From assembly GCA_965198235.1 (NCBI GenBank), contig OZ240248.1, positions 576,001 through 640,000 on the forward strand: DNA of 64,000 nucleotides. The letters run 5' to 3'. The stretch is from Candidatus Poribacteria bacterium (GTDB taxonomy: Bacteria; Poribacteria; WGA-4E; WGA-3G). Of this stretch, positions 20,130-29,858 are shown one piece after another; within the stretch, counting starts at the first letter, position 1; each line of letters starts with the position of its first letter. Made by a program: the position numbers and the translations under genes. The notes beneath the pieces were generated by a model. It ran no database searches, was not told where the DNA came from, and saw nothing but the letters and a program-made list of their open reading frames with translations.

Positions 20130-21341
20130 TTAAGCAGAAGCATTTGTGGAATTGAGAAGCGGACTACACGCTTCAACGGAGGTGCCGACAATCCTGTTGA
20201 ACAAAACAATCGGTCTTACGACTCCTAACCCAAAGGAAGCTACCCCTTCCTTAAGAATGTTCATAGCAGCGTTCTGGTCGCGGTCAAGGTGTGTTCCACA
20301 ACTTGGACACGTCCAGTGACGATCTGATAGCGTTAAGTCTTTATTATGATAGTTACAAACAGAACACGCTTTTGTAGTGGGCGACCACCGATTGATTTTC
20401 AGCACAGAACGGATACGCTTTTTGCTCTGGTGTTTGAGTTTCTGATAGAACTCACCAAAAGCAAGGTCAGATACCTGTTTGCCAAAGAGTGCTTTCATGC
20501 CTCGAAGGTTCAGGTCTTCAAAGAACAGGATGTCAAACTGACGACAAAGTTTTATCGCAAGTTTCCAGTGGTGGTCTATCCTTTGATTCGCCGTTTTCTT
20601 ATGGATACGGGCAACGTTCTTACGTTCTCGTTCCTGATTCTGAGAACCTTTGACTTTACGGGAATATACCTTTTGTGCAGTTGCCAACTTTTCAGCGTTG
20701 AGTTTGTAGAACATTGGCGATATTTCTCGGTGTCCGCTACTGGTAGTCAGGAAGTCTTTGATTCCAAAGTCGAACCCTTCAGCTTGACCCGTCTTGGGTT
20801 CATATCTGACTTCACTATAATCTTCAGTGAGCGTGATATACATATCTCCAAGTGCGTCTCTTGTAACCTGAACGCGTTTGATTTTTCCCTGTATCGGGCG
20901 GTGCAGCGCGAACCGATACCAACGTCCGTTGAGTCGGATTTTATACGTCGGGTGATTTCGCTTATGTTTGTGTTTATCGGAAACTTTTTCTATCGCAATC
21001 TGTTCGCCAGAGAACGTCATGCCTCTATGTTTCTTACACTTCTTGAACTTCGGGTGACCTTTGCCAAGGGTTTTCATTTCTTTGAAACTTTGTGCCAAAC
21101 GCTTTAGGACATTCTGCAACGCCCACGAGTAAGGGATATTCCAATGCCGATACTTCTCAAGACGCTTGAGTTTCGTCAAATGCTTCGACATTTTCGCATA
21201 CGAAAGTCCTTTACCATAGCGGCGGTAATATCGCATGCAGAGGGCGAGAAAGTGATTTTTGACAACGCCACAGATATTGCACTCGTCATGCAAGTGACGC
21301 AACGTCTTATCCTTGAATAGTTTGTGTTTTGTATTTCGCAT
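20130..21341 (-). CDS. tnpB: RNA-guided endonuclease TnpB
   Basis: RuvC motifs GFDFGI, FEDLNL, DRDQNAAMNI intact; Zn finger CSVC/CPSC. Confidence 0.96.
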   Translation of the reverse strand: MRNTKHKLFKDKTLRHLHDECNICGVVKNHFLALCMRYYRRYGKGLSYAKMSKHLTKLKRLEKYRHWNIPYSWALQNVLKRLAQSFKEMKTLGKGHPKFKKCKKHRGMTFSGEQIAIEKVSDKHKHKRNHPTYKIRLNGRWYRFALHRPIQGKIKRVQVTRDALGDMYITLTEDYSEVRYEPKTGQAEGFDFGIKDFLTTSSGHREISPMFYKLNAEKLATAQKVYSRKVKGSQNQERERKNVARIHKKTANQRIDHHWKLAIKLCRQFDILFFEDLNLRGMKALFGKQVSDLAFGEFYQKLKHQSKKRIRSVLKINRWSPTTKACSVCNYHNKDLTLSDRHWTCPSCGTHLDRDQNAAMNILKEGVASFGLGVVRPIVLFNRIVGTSVEACSPLLNSTNASA

Positions 21342-21345
21342 GGTC

Positions 21346-21434
21346 TATCAAGTCTCAAGTCTTTAACCCCGTTCAAGTGGGTAGGCAGACACGTAGCCTT
21401 GCGACTACGCTTGAACTGTCTGCCAACTTGATAC
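21346..21434 (-). ncRNA. Pseudoknotted structured RNA forming the tnpB 5' leader (copy 1)
   Basis: Five helices, four with compensatory changes versus copy at 39640-39727; begins ~6 nt after a TTGACG-N18-TATAAT promoter. Confidence 0.75.
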
Positions 21435-21743
21435 TACTAATTATACCACAATTTCGGACGAAACGTCAAGAAAAAAATGAACGTTTTGGTCCTTTCCAAG
21501 AAGGCGAGACTGTATCCCCGACCTAAAGGAACGGGGTTTTAGTCTCGGAGGTTTTGATAATAGGACTTACGCATGCTGCTCTTTTGTAGCACAAAATGTA
21601 TGAAGTTTCAGAAAATATTTCGCTAATACTATAAGGAACAATTTCCAATCAAAAACGGTTTCTCATCCTGGAAATCCTATAAAGATCGAAGAAGCCTGCT
21701 TCAGACAACTGATCGCCGACGGCTGACTGCTGACCACTGATGG

Positions 21744-22112
21744 CTAACATGCTTTAATGAAGGCGAGGATCACGCCGATGACAGCGACTTCAGCCCCAAT
21801 TACCCATTTCAGGGTTCCTATCCCGGCCTCGATGCGGTCTATACGGCCGCCGAAGTCATTAAACTGTTCACCAAGGTTGTCGACTTTTCCGTTAAGGCTA
21901 TCCAATTTTTCGTTGGTCGCGTCAAGGGCTGTCTGATCCGCTTTTGCGTCAAGTTTTTCGTGGATAAGGTCGATATCCGTCTTATCCGCTTTTGTTTCCA
22001 CCAAGCGGTCCATGCGGCTATCAAGACGGTCCATGCGGCTATCAAGACGGTCCAGCCGCACATTTATCTCTTTTAAGGTTTGCAGTAGTAGATCGTTAAA
22101 ATGATTCGCCAT
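21744..22112 (-). CDS. Coiled-coil protein with C-terminal membrane anchor (Bdr/DUF1640-like)
   Basis: DRLDSRM heptad repeats (21-bp DNA repeat), KADK motifs, TLKWVIGAEVAVIGVILAF; GAGGAG RBS. Confidence 0.75.
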   Translation of the reverse strand: MANHFNDLLLQTLKEINVRLDRLDSRMDRLDSRMDRLVETKADKTDIDLIHEKLDAKADQTALDATNEKLDSLNGKVDNLGEQFNDFGGRIDRIEAGIGTLKWVIGAEVAVIGVILAFIKAC

Positions 22113-22655
22113 GGAAATTCCTCCTCTGTTACACTATAATAGAAGTGAGGAGTGGATGTCAAACAATTTTAGTTGTCAGCAATCATCCGTCAGGGGGTAG
22201 CAGCAGCGGGTGGTGGAACAGCTGTCTGAAGCAGGATTTAGCGGACTGGCAGGAAGAAGAGAGCATCTGAAGCAGGTGTTGAGGTTTGCCCACTGTCTGA
22301 AGCAGGATTTACAGGATTCTAAGGATTTTCAGGAGAACCACCCGCTCCGATTGACTTTCATCTTTTCAGCATTACCACTTACTTTTTATACTTCATCAAA
22401 CCGCACCTACCCGTGAAGTGCGTAAGTCCTCTTCCAATCAAAAACGGTTCACATCCTGGAAATCCTATAAATCCCGAAATAACAAAAACTTTACACACCC
22501 GTCCGCTACCGGTTTTGCTATACTTTAGACACGTTTATCCCTAAGCGCATCATTTCTTGAAGAAGATGCCAGCCAACCCAACTCAACTCGCTCATTAGCG
22601 ATGACTGGGAAGCTAATAGACATCAGCATCCCAGCTATCCTATGGTCATTTGATA

Positions 22656-25600
22656 CTATTTCAAAATAACCATCTTCCGCATTGACGACATCGTGTCGGT
22701 TTCAAACTGGTAGAAATAGAGACCGCTCGCAACCTGTTCGCCAAGCGCATTCCGACCATCCCAATACGCCGCACGATCCCGACCCGTGTAGTAGCCAGCC
22801 GACTGTTGTCCCAGCTGCAACCTGCGGATCACAACACCTTGCGTGTTGTATATCGTGATCTCCACATGCGTATCCGTCGCCAATTCATACGGAATCCACG
22901 TTTCTGGGTTGAACGGATTCGGATAGTTCGCCAGCAACTGTGTTTTCTCTGGACGTGCCGTCGCGAGGAGCTGCTGCAGATATACCAGCGTCCGCATCGC
23001 CGCCGGGGACCGATCACCTGTTGCGATTAACAGATCGATCTGTTCTTCGATGCGATCTATCTGCGCAGCACTCAGCTGCATGCCAACGAGTGTCGGCGCG
23101 CCCGCTGCACCCGGATCACGATTGTCAAAGACGAGCAGGAGGTCAAGGAAGTTGACCGTGCCGTCTCCGTTAACATCGTACCTGGCGTTGCTTGTGTTCA
23201 TGGCAGCTGCGACTAAACTTGCGTCCGTGTTATCGACCGCGCCGTCGGAATTGACATCATACTTAGAACGAGAGGCGGTCGTCGGGGTCGTCGTAGTCGT
23301 CGTAGTCGTCGTGGGTGCCGAGATACTGTTGCTCAGCACGAGTTCACCCGGACTCCCTAAACCGTCAACGACGTTTTTGATCTTACTGCCGTCGAGGTTC
23401 GCACTCTGGATTCTGCCACGGGCGTTCGTCCAATAGAGTTTGCTCCGTGAACCGTCAACGGCAATCCCTATCGGAGCGGCAAGGATTGAGGCGAGTTGTG
23501 TCGCACCTGTGCCGTTGAGGTTCGCACTGTTGACTGTGCCACCACTCTCACCCGTCATCTCCGTCCAGTAGACTTTACCGCCACCGATCACGAGGCTTCC
23601 AGGGGTATCCGTACCTGTTGAAACATTGCGAACAACTTTTTGACCCTTGAGGTTCACAAACCGGACGCTTCCGGTGCCCTGTGTCCAATACGCATTGCCA
23701 CCCGCAAGTCCGATATCCATCGGATTGTCCAGGTTTTGCAGCACGTTTGTGATACCGGAACCGTTGAGGTTCGCACTCTGGATTCTGCCAGCGGAGTTCG
23801 TCCAGTAGAGTTTACTTCCCGCCGCGTCAACAGCGATCCCTATCGGGGTAGCAAAGATCGAGGCAAGCTCGGTTACGCCTGTCCCGTTGAGGTTCGCACT
23901 GTTGATGGTGCCACCACTCTCACCCGTTTTCTCCGTCCAGTAGACTTTACCACCACTCACTGCGATGTTCAGTGCGTTATCCACACTCGGTGCGAATCTT
24001 TCGGGGCTTGCACCCACAAGTGCGTAAATCGCGCCACCGTCTACCCATAACATCGGTGGACGACTCGCAGCACCGACATGCACAACCGGACTGACCGTAC
24101 CGGGCGTCGTGCCTGTGCCGGGAGTCCTTGTGGTCGTAGGTGCTGACCCCGTCGTGATGGTGAACTCGACGGTGTCAGAAATATCGTCAGTACTTGCTCG
24201 AACCGTGATAGTGCCATCATCCGTGGGCGTGAAATTGGCGCGTGCGTGGCCCCTTGAATCCGTCTGGACTCCGATTGCACGTCCGTTTCCGCGATCCGAA
24301 AGCTTACCCCGTCCGGAGATAACACGGAAAATGACTCTCGCATTTGCAACACCTATGCCGTTATCATCAAGGACCTGGACGATCAGCGGGGAATCAAGTT
24401 GCGTGTTCACCGTGCCACTTCGTGTCGCTGGACCGGTAATCTCGATGCTACTCGGAGACCCTGCTGCGGTCACTGGCGGCACTGGCGGCACCACTGGCGG
24501 CACCACTGGCGGCACCACTGGCGGCGCAACCGTCTGTCCCGTCGTGCTTAGTGTGAACAAGCGTGTCGCATAGCCCGGGGCACTGAGCGTCACCGAGTAG
24601 GGGCCTCCCGTGGCTGGTAGCGTGATAATTGCCGGGCCGGTGCCGTCAAGAGTGTCTACAGTTCTGGAGACAGCACCCCTGAGTGTTACAGTCACAGGAG
24701 CGGTTTCCGATGTGCCATCTGCCTTTGTCAGGGTAATCCGAATCTGTTGCCCCCCGTTGGCTGCTCGGGCACCGACTTCAGTAAGCGAAATTGTGCCGGG
24801 TGCTGGCGGAGCAGCGACCGTGAGAGTTCGTGATCCCTGTGAATATATCCCTGATTGATCAGTCGCGAAAAGCCTATAACTCCCAGGTGTGGTCGGCAGC
24901 GTAATCGGTGTAGACGTGCCGGTGGTAACCGCTTGGGACAACGTGAAGTCCGTGCTACTCAACGTCACCAGGATCCCCGGGACAGATCCCCCCGCTGCGT
25001 TGAGAGCGTTAACAGTTACCGTCCGCGTCGTGCCTGTGCCACTGGTAGTGATCGTGAGCCTCGGCGTCGTCTGCGTCGGCGTCGTTACGGGAGTCCCTGT
25101 TCCAATATACCTAAACTCAATTATCTTCCTCGTGTCAGGCGATCCTAAAACATAGGCAGAAACTAAGTTAGTCGTGCGATTCATGTTAATATACACTTTA
25201 AGGGCTTGATGTGCCTGCAAGATTGTCTTAAGTGTCGAGTTTGCTTCGGTATACAGCGTCCCACTGCCCGTAACAACCTCATAAACAATAGTCTTTTGAC
25301 CACCACTCGGAAGTTCAGTACTGGAAAATAACCCATCAAATAATGCATCAATTCTCTCAGTATTCTTTGCAGTGGGTAAAGCACCATCGTCAAGGGTTGG
25401 AGCACTTCTTACCAGCACAACAAGCTCTCCAATCTCCTCTTCAGCATTGGCAGTAGCTCTTGCTACATGACCAACTGGGTAGTCCTTATCAACGGTCGCG
25501 TTATTGATTGTAATGCTTCGGCTTGCTGTAGTTATAGTATCTAAAACTTCACAAATCAAAGTAATTGAGGCACTTGTGGCATCGGCACTGGTTGTTAGGT

Positions 25601-26345
25601 CGGTGGCGGATGAATGAGCTCCGGTTAGCCTTTCTGTTAATTCAGTACCATCTGAAGCGATCTGTAAACCGTTGCTCTTCAGTTTTAGTGTGAGCCCGGT
25701 GTCATGACTAATCTTAATGACTTCCTGATCGTAATAATATCTCTTAGAGTCAGGCTCTTTGGACTCCCAATGCACAGGAAGTACTTTTACTCGAACACCC
25801 AGATGCTCCTCGTCCACATCAGTAGTGCTGGCATCGTCAGGTCTATAATAATAAAGCAGATTACCGGTCCCGTCATACACATATCCACTGCTGTCAGATA
25901 ATACAGGGGTTGCCTCGACAGATCCAGAACCACCCGTTCGTTTTCTGTGAATCGCCGTATAACCATCTGGATTCTCACTTGATGTATAAGCTACACCTAC
26001 GCTCGTAAGTTTTCGACGGTCTATAGTAGTACCTTCTATCCGGGTAGCGGGATATCCGTCTTTATCAATCCTGTTACCATTGAGAGTAGAACTATTGTCC
26101 ACATCTTCATCCGCGTACCCTCCAAGCGGATGATTTATAAGTTCTCTCCTATTAAGTGTAAACTGGAATGTTACCTCAAATGACTGCCCCGCTTCTACCT
26201 CAACCTTTGATGAACCTATTGGTGAACCAGGTACATTAGTGTCTATCGATACTGTCACTGCTTGTACCACACTCTGCATACCGAACGCCAGCATAAGCGT
26301 CATCAGCATGCCAAGGACGGTTTTTCGCGTCGTTAAATTGTTCAT
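22656..26345 (-). CDS. Large secreted surface protein: variable N-terminus, Ig-like domains, YWTD/LDL-receptor-B propeller repeats, dockerin-like EF-hands, T9SS/FlgD-like C-terminal domain
   Basis: Signal peptide; KVYWTE/KLYWTN..IQSANLNG repeats; YDVNxDGxV; LLANYPNPFNPETWIPY..WDGRN..GLYFY..RKMVILK. Confidence 0.88.
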   Translation of the reverse strand: MNNLTTRKTVLGMLMTLMLAFGMQSVVQAVTVSIDTNVPGSPIGSSKVEVEAGQSFEVTFQFTLNRRELINHPLGGYADEDVDNSSTLNGNRIDKDGYPATRIEGTTIDRRKLTSVGVAYTSSENPDGYTAIHRKRTGGSGSVEATPVLSDSSGYVYDGTGNLLYYYRPDDASTTDVDEEHLGVRVKVLPVHWESKEPDSKRYYYDQEVIKISHDTGLTLKLKSNGLQIASDGTELTERLTGAHSSATDLTTSADATSASITLICEVLDTITTASRSITINNATVDKDYPVGHVARATANAEEEIGELVVLVRSAPTLDDGALPTAKNTERIDALFDGLFSSTELPSGGQKTIVYEVVTGSGTLYTEANSTLKTILQAHQALKVYINMNRTTNLVSAYVLGSPDTRKIIEFRYIGTGTPVTTPTQTTPRLTITTSGTGTTRTVTVNALNAAGGSVPGILVTLSSTDFTLSQAVTTGTSTPITLPTTPGSYRLFATDQSGIYSQGSRTLTVAAPPAPGTISLTEVGARAANGGQQIRITLTKADGTSETAPVTVTLRGAVSRTVDTLDGTGPAIITLPATGGPYSVTLSAPGYATRLFTLSTTGQTVAPPVVPPVVPPVVPPVPPVTAAGSPSSIEITGPATRSGTVNTQLDSPLIVQVLDDNGIGVANARVIFRVISGRGKLSDRGNGRAIGVQTDSRGHARANFTPTDDGTITVRASTDDISDTVEFTITTGSAPTTTRTPGTGTTPGTVSPVVHVGAASRPPMLWVDGGAIYALVGASPERFAPSVDNALNIAVSGGKVYWTEKTGESGGTINSANLNGTGVTELASIFATPIGIAVDAAGSKLYWTNSAGRIQSANLNGSGITNVLQNLDNPMDIGLAGGNAYWTQGTGSVRFVNLKGQKVVRNVSTGTDTPGSLVIGGGKVYWTEMTGESGGTVNSANLNGTGATQLASILAAPIGIAVDGSRSKLYWTNARGRIQSANLDGSKIKNVVDGLGSPGELVLSNSISAPTTTTTTTTTPTTASRSKYDVNSDGAVDNTDASLVAAAMNTSNARYDVNGDGTVNFLDLLLVFDNRDPGAAGAPTLVGMQLSAAQIDRIEEQIDLLIATGDRSPAAMRTLVYLQQLLATARPEKTQLLANYPNPFNPETWIPYELATDTHVEITIYNTQGVVIRRLQLGQQSAGYYTGRDRAAYWDGRNALGEQVASGLYFYQFETDTMSSMRKMVILK
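24469..24525. repeat. 12-bp coding tandem repeat (PPVV linker)
   Basis: CACCACTGGCGG units. Confidence 0.85.
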
Positions 26346-26947
26346 GAAAAATATACCTCAATTTATAGCCGTCGGCTATCAGCCGTCAGCCGTCAGAGTT
26401 TTGGCTGTCAGCAATCAGCCGTCAGCCGTCAGAATGTTATATTAACCGTCAGCGGTCAGCTCTCAGCGGAGTAGCCATCAGTCGTCGGTAAAGAGATTTT
26501 AGGTTAGTGGAACGTCTCTTTCTGATTGCTGATGGTTTCCGAGAGCCAACTGCCAATAGCCATTGGCTATTAATCTTTAGATCTGATACGCTTCAGTAGA
26601 GAAGTTAGCATCTTCTTCACACTAATTATGGTTGTCAGTTGTCGGTGGTCGGTTGTCAGTGTATTAGCCATCAGCCGATGGCTGAGTGTCTTTGTTCTTA
26701 TTGGTTCTCGGTTGTCGGCAGTCAGCGGATCGCGAGCATGGGGAAATCCGAAGAAATACCCAAGTAATACGCAGAAATCCGCAGAAACGCCCTATCAAAA
26801 ACCCCTATCAAAAACACCCCAAGCAAAAACCCTCGCTCCTACAGAAAAAGTGCTAATTGCCGACTGCCATTAAAAAAGATCGGGTTATGTAAATTGTATC
26901 ATATATCTATATGGATTGTCAAGTTTTTTTATTAGCGGTGTTAGCGG

Positions 26948-27217
26948 GGGTGTGTAAAGTTTTTGTCATAACAGCCGGGACCCTCAAACACATAGCACTC
27001 CGCTGGAGTGCAAGAGAAGGGCTCGTCTTTTCTATAGACATATTGCTCCGCTGGAGCAACAGACGGACACCTCAGAAGTCAGGGGCATCCTCACGCCAGA
27101 GGCGTGATATGTCTATAGAAATATGGAGGGTCGGTTTACGCACTCCAGCGGAGTGCTATGTAAATACACCGCTCCTCTTTGAAAAAATCAATACGCCGCC
27201 AAAAACTTTACACACCC
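26948..27217. mobile_element. ~270-bp MITE-like element with 18-bp TIRs enclosing inverted REP palindromes
   Basis: GGGTGTGTAAAGTTTTTG ... CAAAAACTTTACACACCC; inside ACATAGCACTCCGCTGGAGTGC and its inverse, the same family as the 31360 array; solo TIR halves near 22485 and 42594. Confidence 0.75.
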
Positions 27218-27684
27218 TATTAGCGGTCAGCAATCGACTATCAGCCGTCAGTATGTAGCAGACACGTTTCGTTTGAATATCACAAGGTGATTTTGCTGAA
27301 TGCTGAAAGGGTTGTGTAGTAACCCGTACCGACAACTGATTACCATTAATATTCTGGCAATTTTTGATTTTAAACGATGGGTTTGTGGGGTGGTTACAGA
27401 TTTTTTAATAGTTGTCAGTTATCAGTAGAATTGGTAACAGATAAATATTAACCGCCCCTTTCTGTAGGAGCGAGTTTCACTCGCGATCCTCCGTTTGTAG
27501 TCGTGCGATTCATCGCACGTTCTTACTGATCGCTGATGGCTGACAACTCATCCGTCAGAATCGCGGAAGGCGCGGAGAACACGGAGGACGCGGAACGGGA
27601 CGGGCGAGGGGACCTCGCCCCTACCTCTGACAACTGATAGCCGATAACCAATATAGTAAAGTCGAAAGATAACTCTCACTGCGA

Positions 27685-27820
27685 GGCAGTTTTGTAGCAT
27701 AAACTGTTAGTTTGTGCATCTGTAGGACGCAGACTCACAGTCTACGCTACAGGGCAGTTTTGTAGCATAAACTGTTAGTTTGTGCATCTGTAGGACGCAG
27801 ACTCACAGTCTACGCTACAG
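27685..27820. repeat. Two tandem ~68-bp palindromic (REP-like) units
   Basis: GGCAGTTTTGTAGCATAAACTGTTAGTTTGTGCATCTGTAGGACGCAGACTCACAGTCTACGCTACA x2; related half-copy near 28790. Confidence 0.85.
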
Positions 27821-28094
27821 AATGGGACTATAATTCTGACAACTGATAACTGATAGCGAACGCAGTGAGTGTGCTGACAACTCAATTGAAGTTTTACCGT
27901 AGGTTGGGTAGAGCGGTAAAAGCGCGAAAGCCTTTCGTTTATACGGAGAGAGTCCATCGGTAAGGAATCTTTAATGAAAAAATCAGAAGCCAGTAACCGT
28001 CAGAGGGCGGACACTCACGTTTGCAATATACGCGATGATATGCTATAATTCGATAACAGAACACTCAAAACACACCACATTTATGGAGGCATGT

Positions 28095-28673
28095 ATGTCA
28101 TCTCTCGCAGCACAAACGATTCTCACACCTGAAGAATACATTGCTTCGGAACGCAAGGCAACGCTCAAAAGCGAATATCTCAATGGAGAGATACTCGCAA
28201 TGTCCGGGGCGAGTCTCGCGCATACTCGCATCACGCTGGATATAGCGACTGAACTTAACATTCAAATGAGAGGACAGGGTTGTGAGGTTATTACCAACGA
28301 TATGCGCGTGAAGACGGGGCCGAAAGGTGCCTATTTTTACCCGGATGTCGTGGTTTTTTGTGATGAACCCCAATTTGAAGATAATGTTTTTGACACACTT
28401 CTCAACCCGATTATCGTCGTAGAGGTGCTTTCACCGTCAACCGAAGTGTATGACAGGGGTGAGAAGTTTGCACATTATCAGGAACTCACGTCCCTGCGAG
28501 AATACATTCTCGTTTCACAGGACAGGATTCGCGTTGAACATCACCGTCTCATCAAGACACAGTGGGTACAGACAGAGTTTCACGGACAGGAAGATGTGAT
28601 GCCGCTCGTTTCCATCGGATGCGAACTCCGTTTGCGGGATATTTACAGACGCGTTCCAGAAGTCATCTTATAA
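28095..28673 (+). CDS. Uma2 family (PD-(D/E)xK) endonuclease
   Basis: EYLNGEILAMSGAS..H, YFYPDVVV, NPIIVVEVLSPSTEVYDRGEKF..Y. Confidence 0.93.
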   Translation: MSSLAAQTILTPEEYIASERKATLKSEYLNGEILAMSGASLAHTRITLDIATELNIQMRGQGCEVITNDMRVKTGPKGAYFYPDVVVFCDEPQFEDNVFDTLLNPIIVVEVLSPSTEVYDRGEKFAHYQELTSLREYILVSQDRIRVEHHRLIKTQWVQTEFHGQEDVMPLVSIGCELRLRDIYRRVPEVIL

Positions 28674-28966
28674 TACACACCCATAATCCTGAAAATCATT
28701 GAATCACAGAAATCACAGTTCTGACGAATTCGCAATCCGTTTCCGTCAGGGCGTTAGGTTCAGCAAACCGCTATATTACGTCTTCAAAGACGCAAACTAA
28801 CAGTTTGAGTTACAAAAAACGCCTCAACGGACAGCAGACAGTAAGATCGCAAGCATCGGGGAAATCCGTAGAAACATGATGTCGATCCCTTCTTCAAGAA
28901 TGGTCAGCATTGTTGCGGCTGACATTATTTTTGAGATGTTCTCGGCTACGGCATAGAAAGCCATTA

Positions 28967-29012
28967 AAAAAACAACAGAGCGGTGAACCGAAGTCCATCG
29001 CTCTGTTGTTTT
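28967..29012 (-). terminator. Rho-independent terminator after the decayed TTWGDLK gene
   Basis: AAAACAACAGAGCGGTG...CATCGCTCTGTTGTTTT. Confidence 0.8.
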
Positions 29013-29041
29013 GGGTAGGTTAGTTAGAAATATCCCTGAGT

Positions 29042-29542
29042 TTACTTTTGTGTCTTCAAGTCGCCCCACGTCGTCGCTTTGCCAGCGGCACCTACATGCC
29101 CTTTCAGCACGACATCCGTCGCATTCTTGCGTGCCAAGGCGGCTTGCGCATCAGCAGCGGCTTTCTCAGCAGAAGTTTGGAAATGCCCAGTACCAGGGGT
29201 ACCAATCCGGCGACCCACTTTAGACACGTCAAAGTTAATGCCAAGTCCAGTGGCTGCATCACCCGATGCCATCCAACTGGTTGACAGCCTGCCGTCTTCC
29301 GGTTTCCCCGTTGTCGCATTCATCAGACGATACATGGAAATAACCGGCTGTGTGGGCGCATCGGATCACCAACGTCTGCTCTTACAAAGTGAATCTCAAT
29401 GGATACAGCGGCACTCTTACCGTCAGCTTTTCTGGCACCCGCGCCATCAAGCTGGGCTCGCGGATCCGCAAGCTCGACCGCATGTTTCGGTATAAGGAAG
29501 GATCAACACTCTTAAGGAAAATGTTCATTTATTAGACAACAT
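29042..29542 (-). pseudogene. Collapsed remnant of a secreted protein with C-terminal KATTWGDLK motif
   Basis: GGAG RBS + ATG TTG TCT AAT AAA TGA; protein-like fragments in shifting frames; last ORF contains RIGTPG and ends KATTWGDLKTQK. Confidence 0.65.
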
Positions 29543-29858
29543 TACTAATTTTCCTCCATTTAAATCAAACTAAAAAACATCCGTATATCGTGGGGCAGTA
29601 GGGATTCATGCCCCTGCACACTTCACATCGTGTGCTTCATTATCAAACAGCAAGAACAGATTTTCAGGGATGAAATCTATTCTGAACTAACCTTATTGTG
29701 CGTGCCTTTGAAGCCTACGGAGTTAGGGAACCTCGCCTACCGGTAAGGGTAGATGTCTTCGGAACACGCTTGGAAATTTGGGCTTGGGGTTCTCGCTTTA
29801 TGGTGTTGTTTGAAACATCGCCATAGATTGAGCCAAACCACTTATATAAACGTTGCTA

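Larger units (their letters stand above)
20090..21556 (-). mobile_element. IS200/IS605 family TnpB-only (IS1341-type) element, copy 1
   Basis: TTAT target 21557-21560; left-end hairpin CCCCGTTCCTTTAGGTCGGGG; right-end hairpin CCCAAGTCTTTAGGCTTGGG ending TCAC. Confidence 0.92.

Noticed and set aside
20130-21341. Catalytically dead TnpB (TldR-like) or Cas12
   Set aside because: All three RuvC acidic residues are present, IS ends are intact and there is no CRISPR array
21346-21434. SAM-I or ZTP riboswitch identity for the tnpB leader
   Set aside because: The UAUCAAG start and the bulge-loop pseudoknot are superficially similar, but the conserved ligand-binding nucleotides are not recognisable
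26628-27258. Short ORFs 26628..26873 and 26911..27258 (and 30401..30730, 30660..30905)
   Set aside because: Translations of heptamer, REP and MITE sequence with no protein motifs
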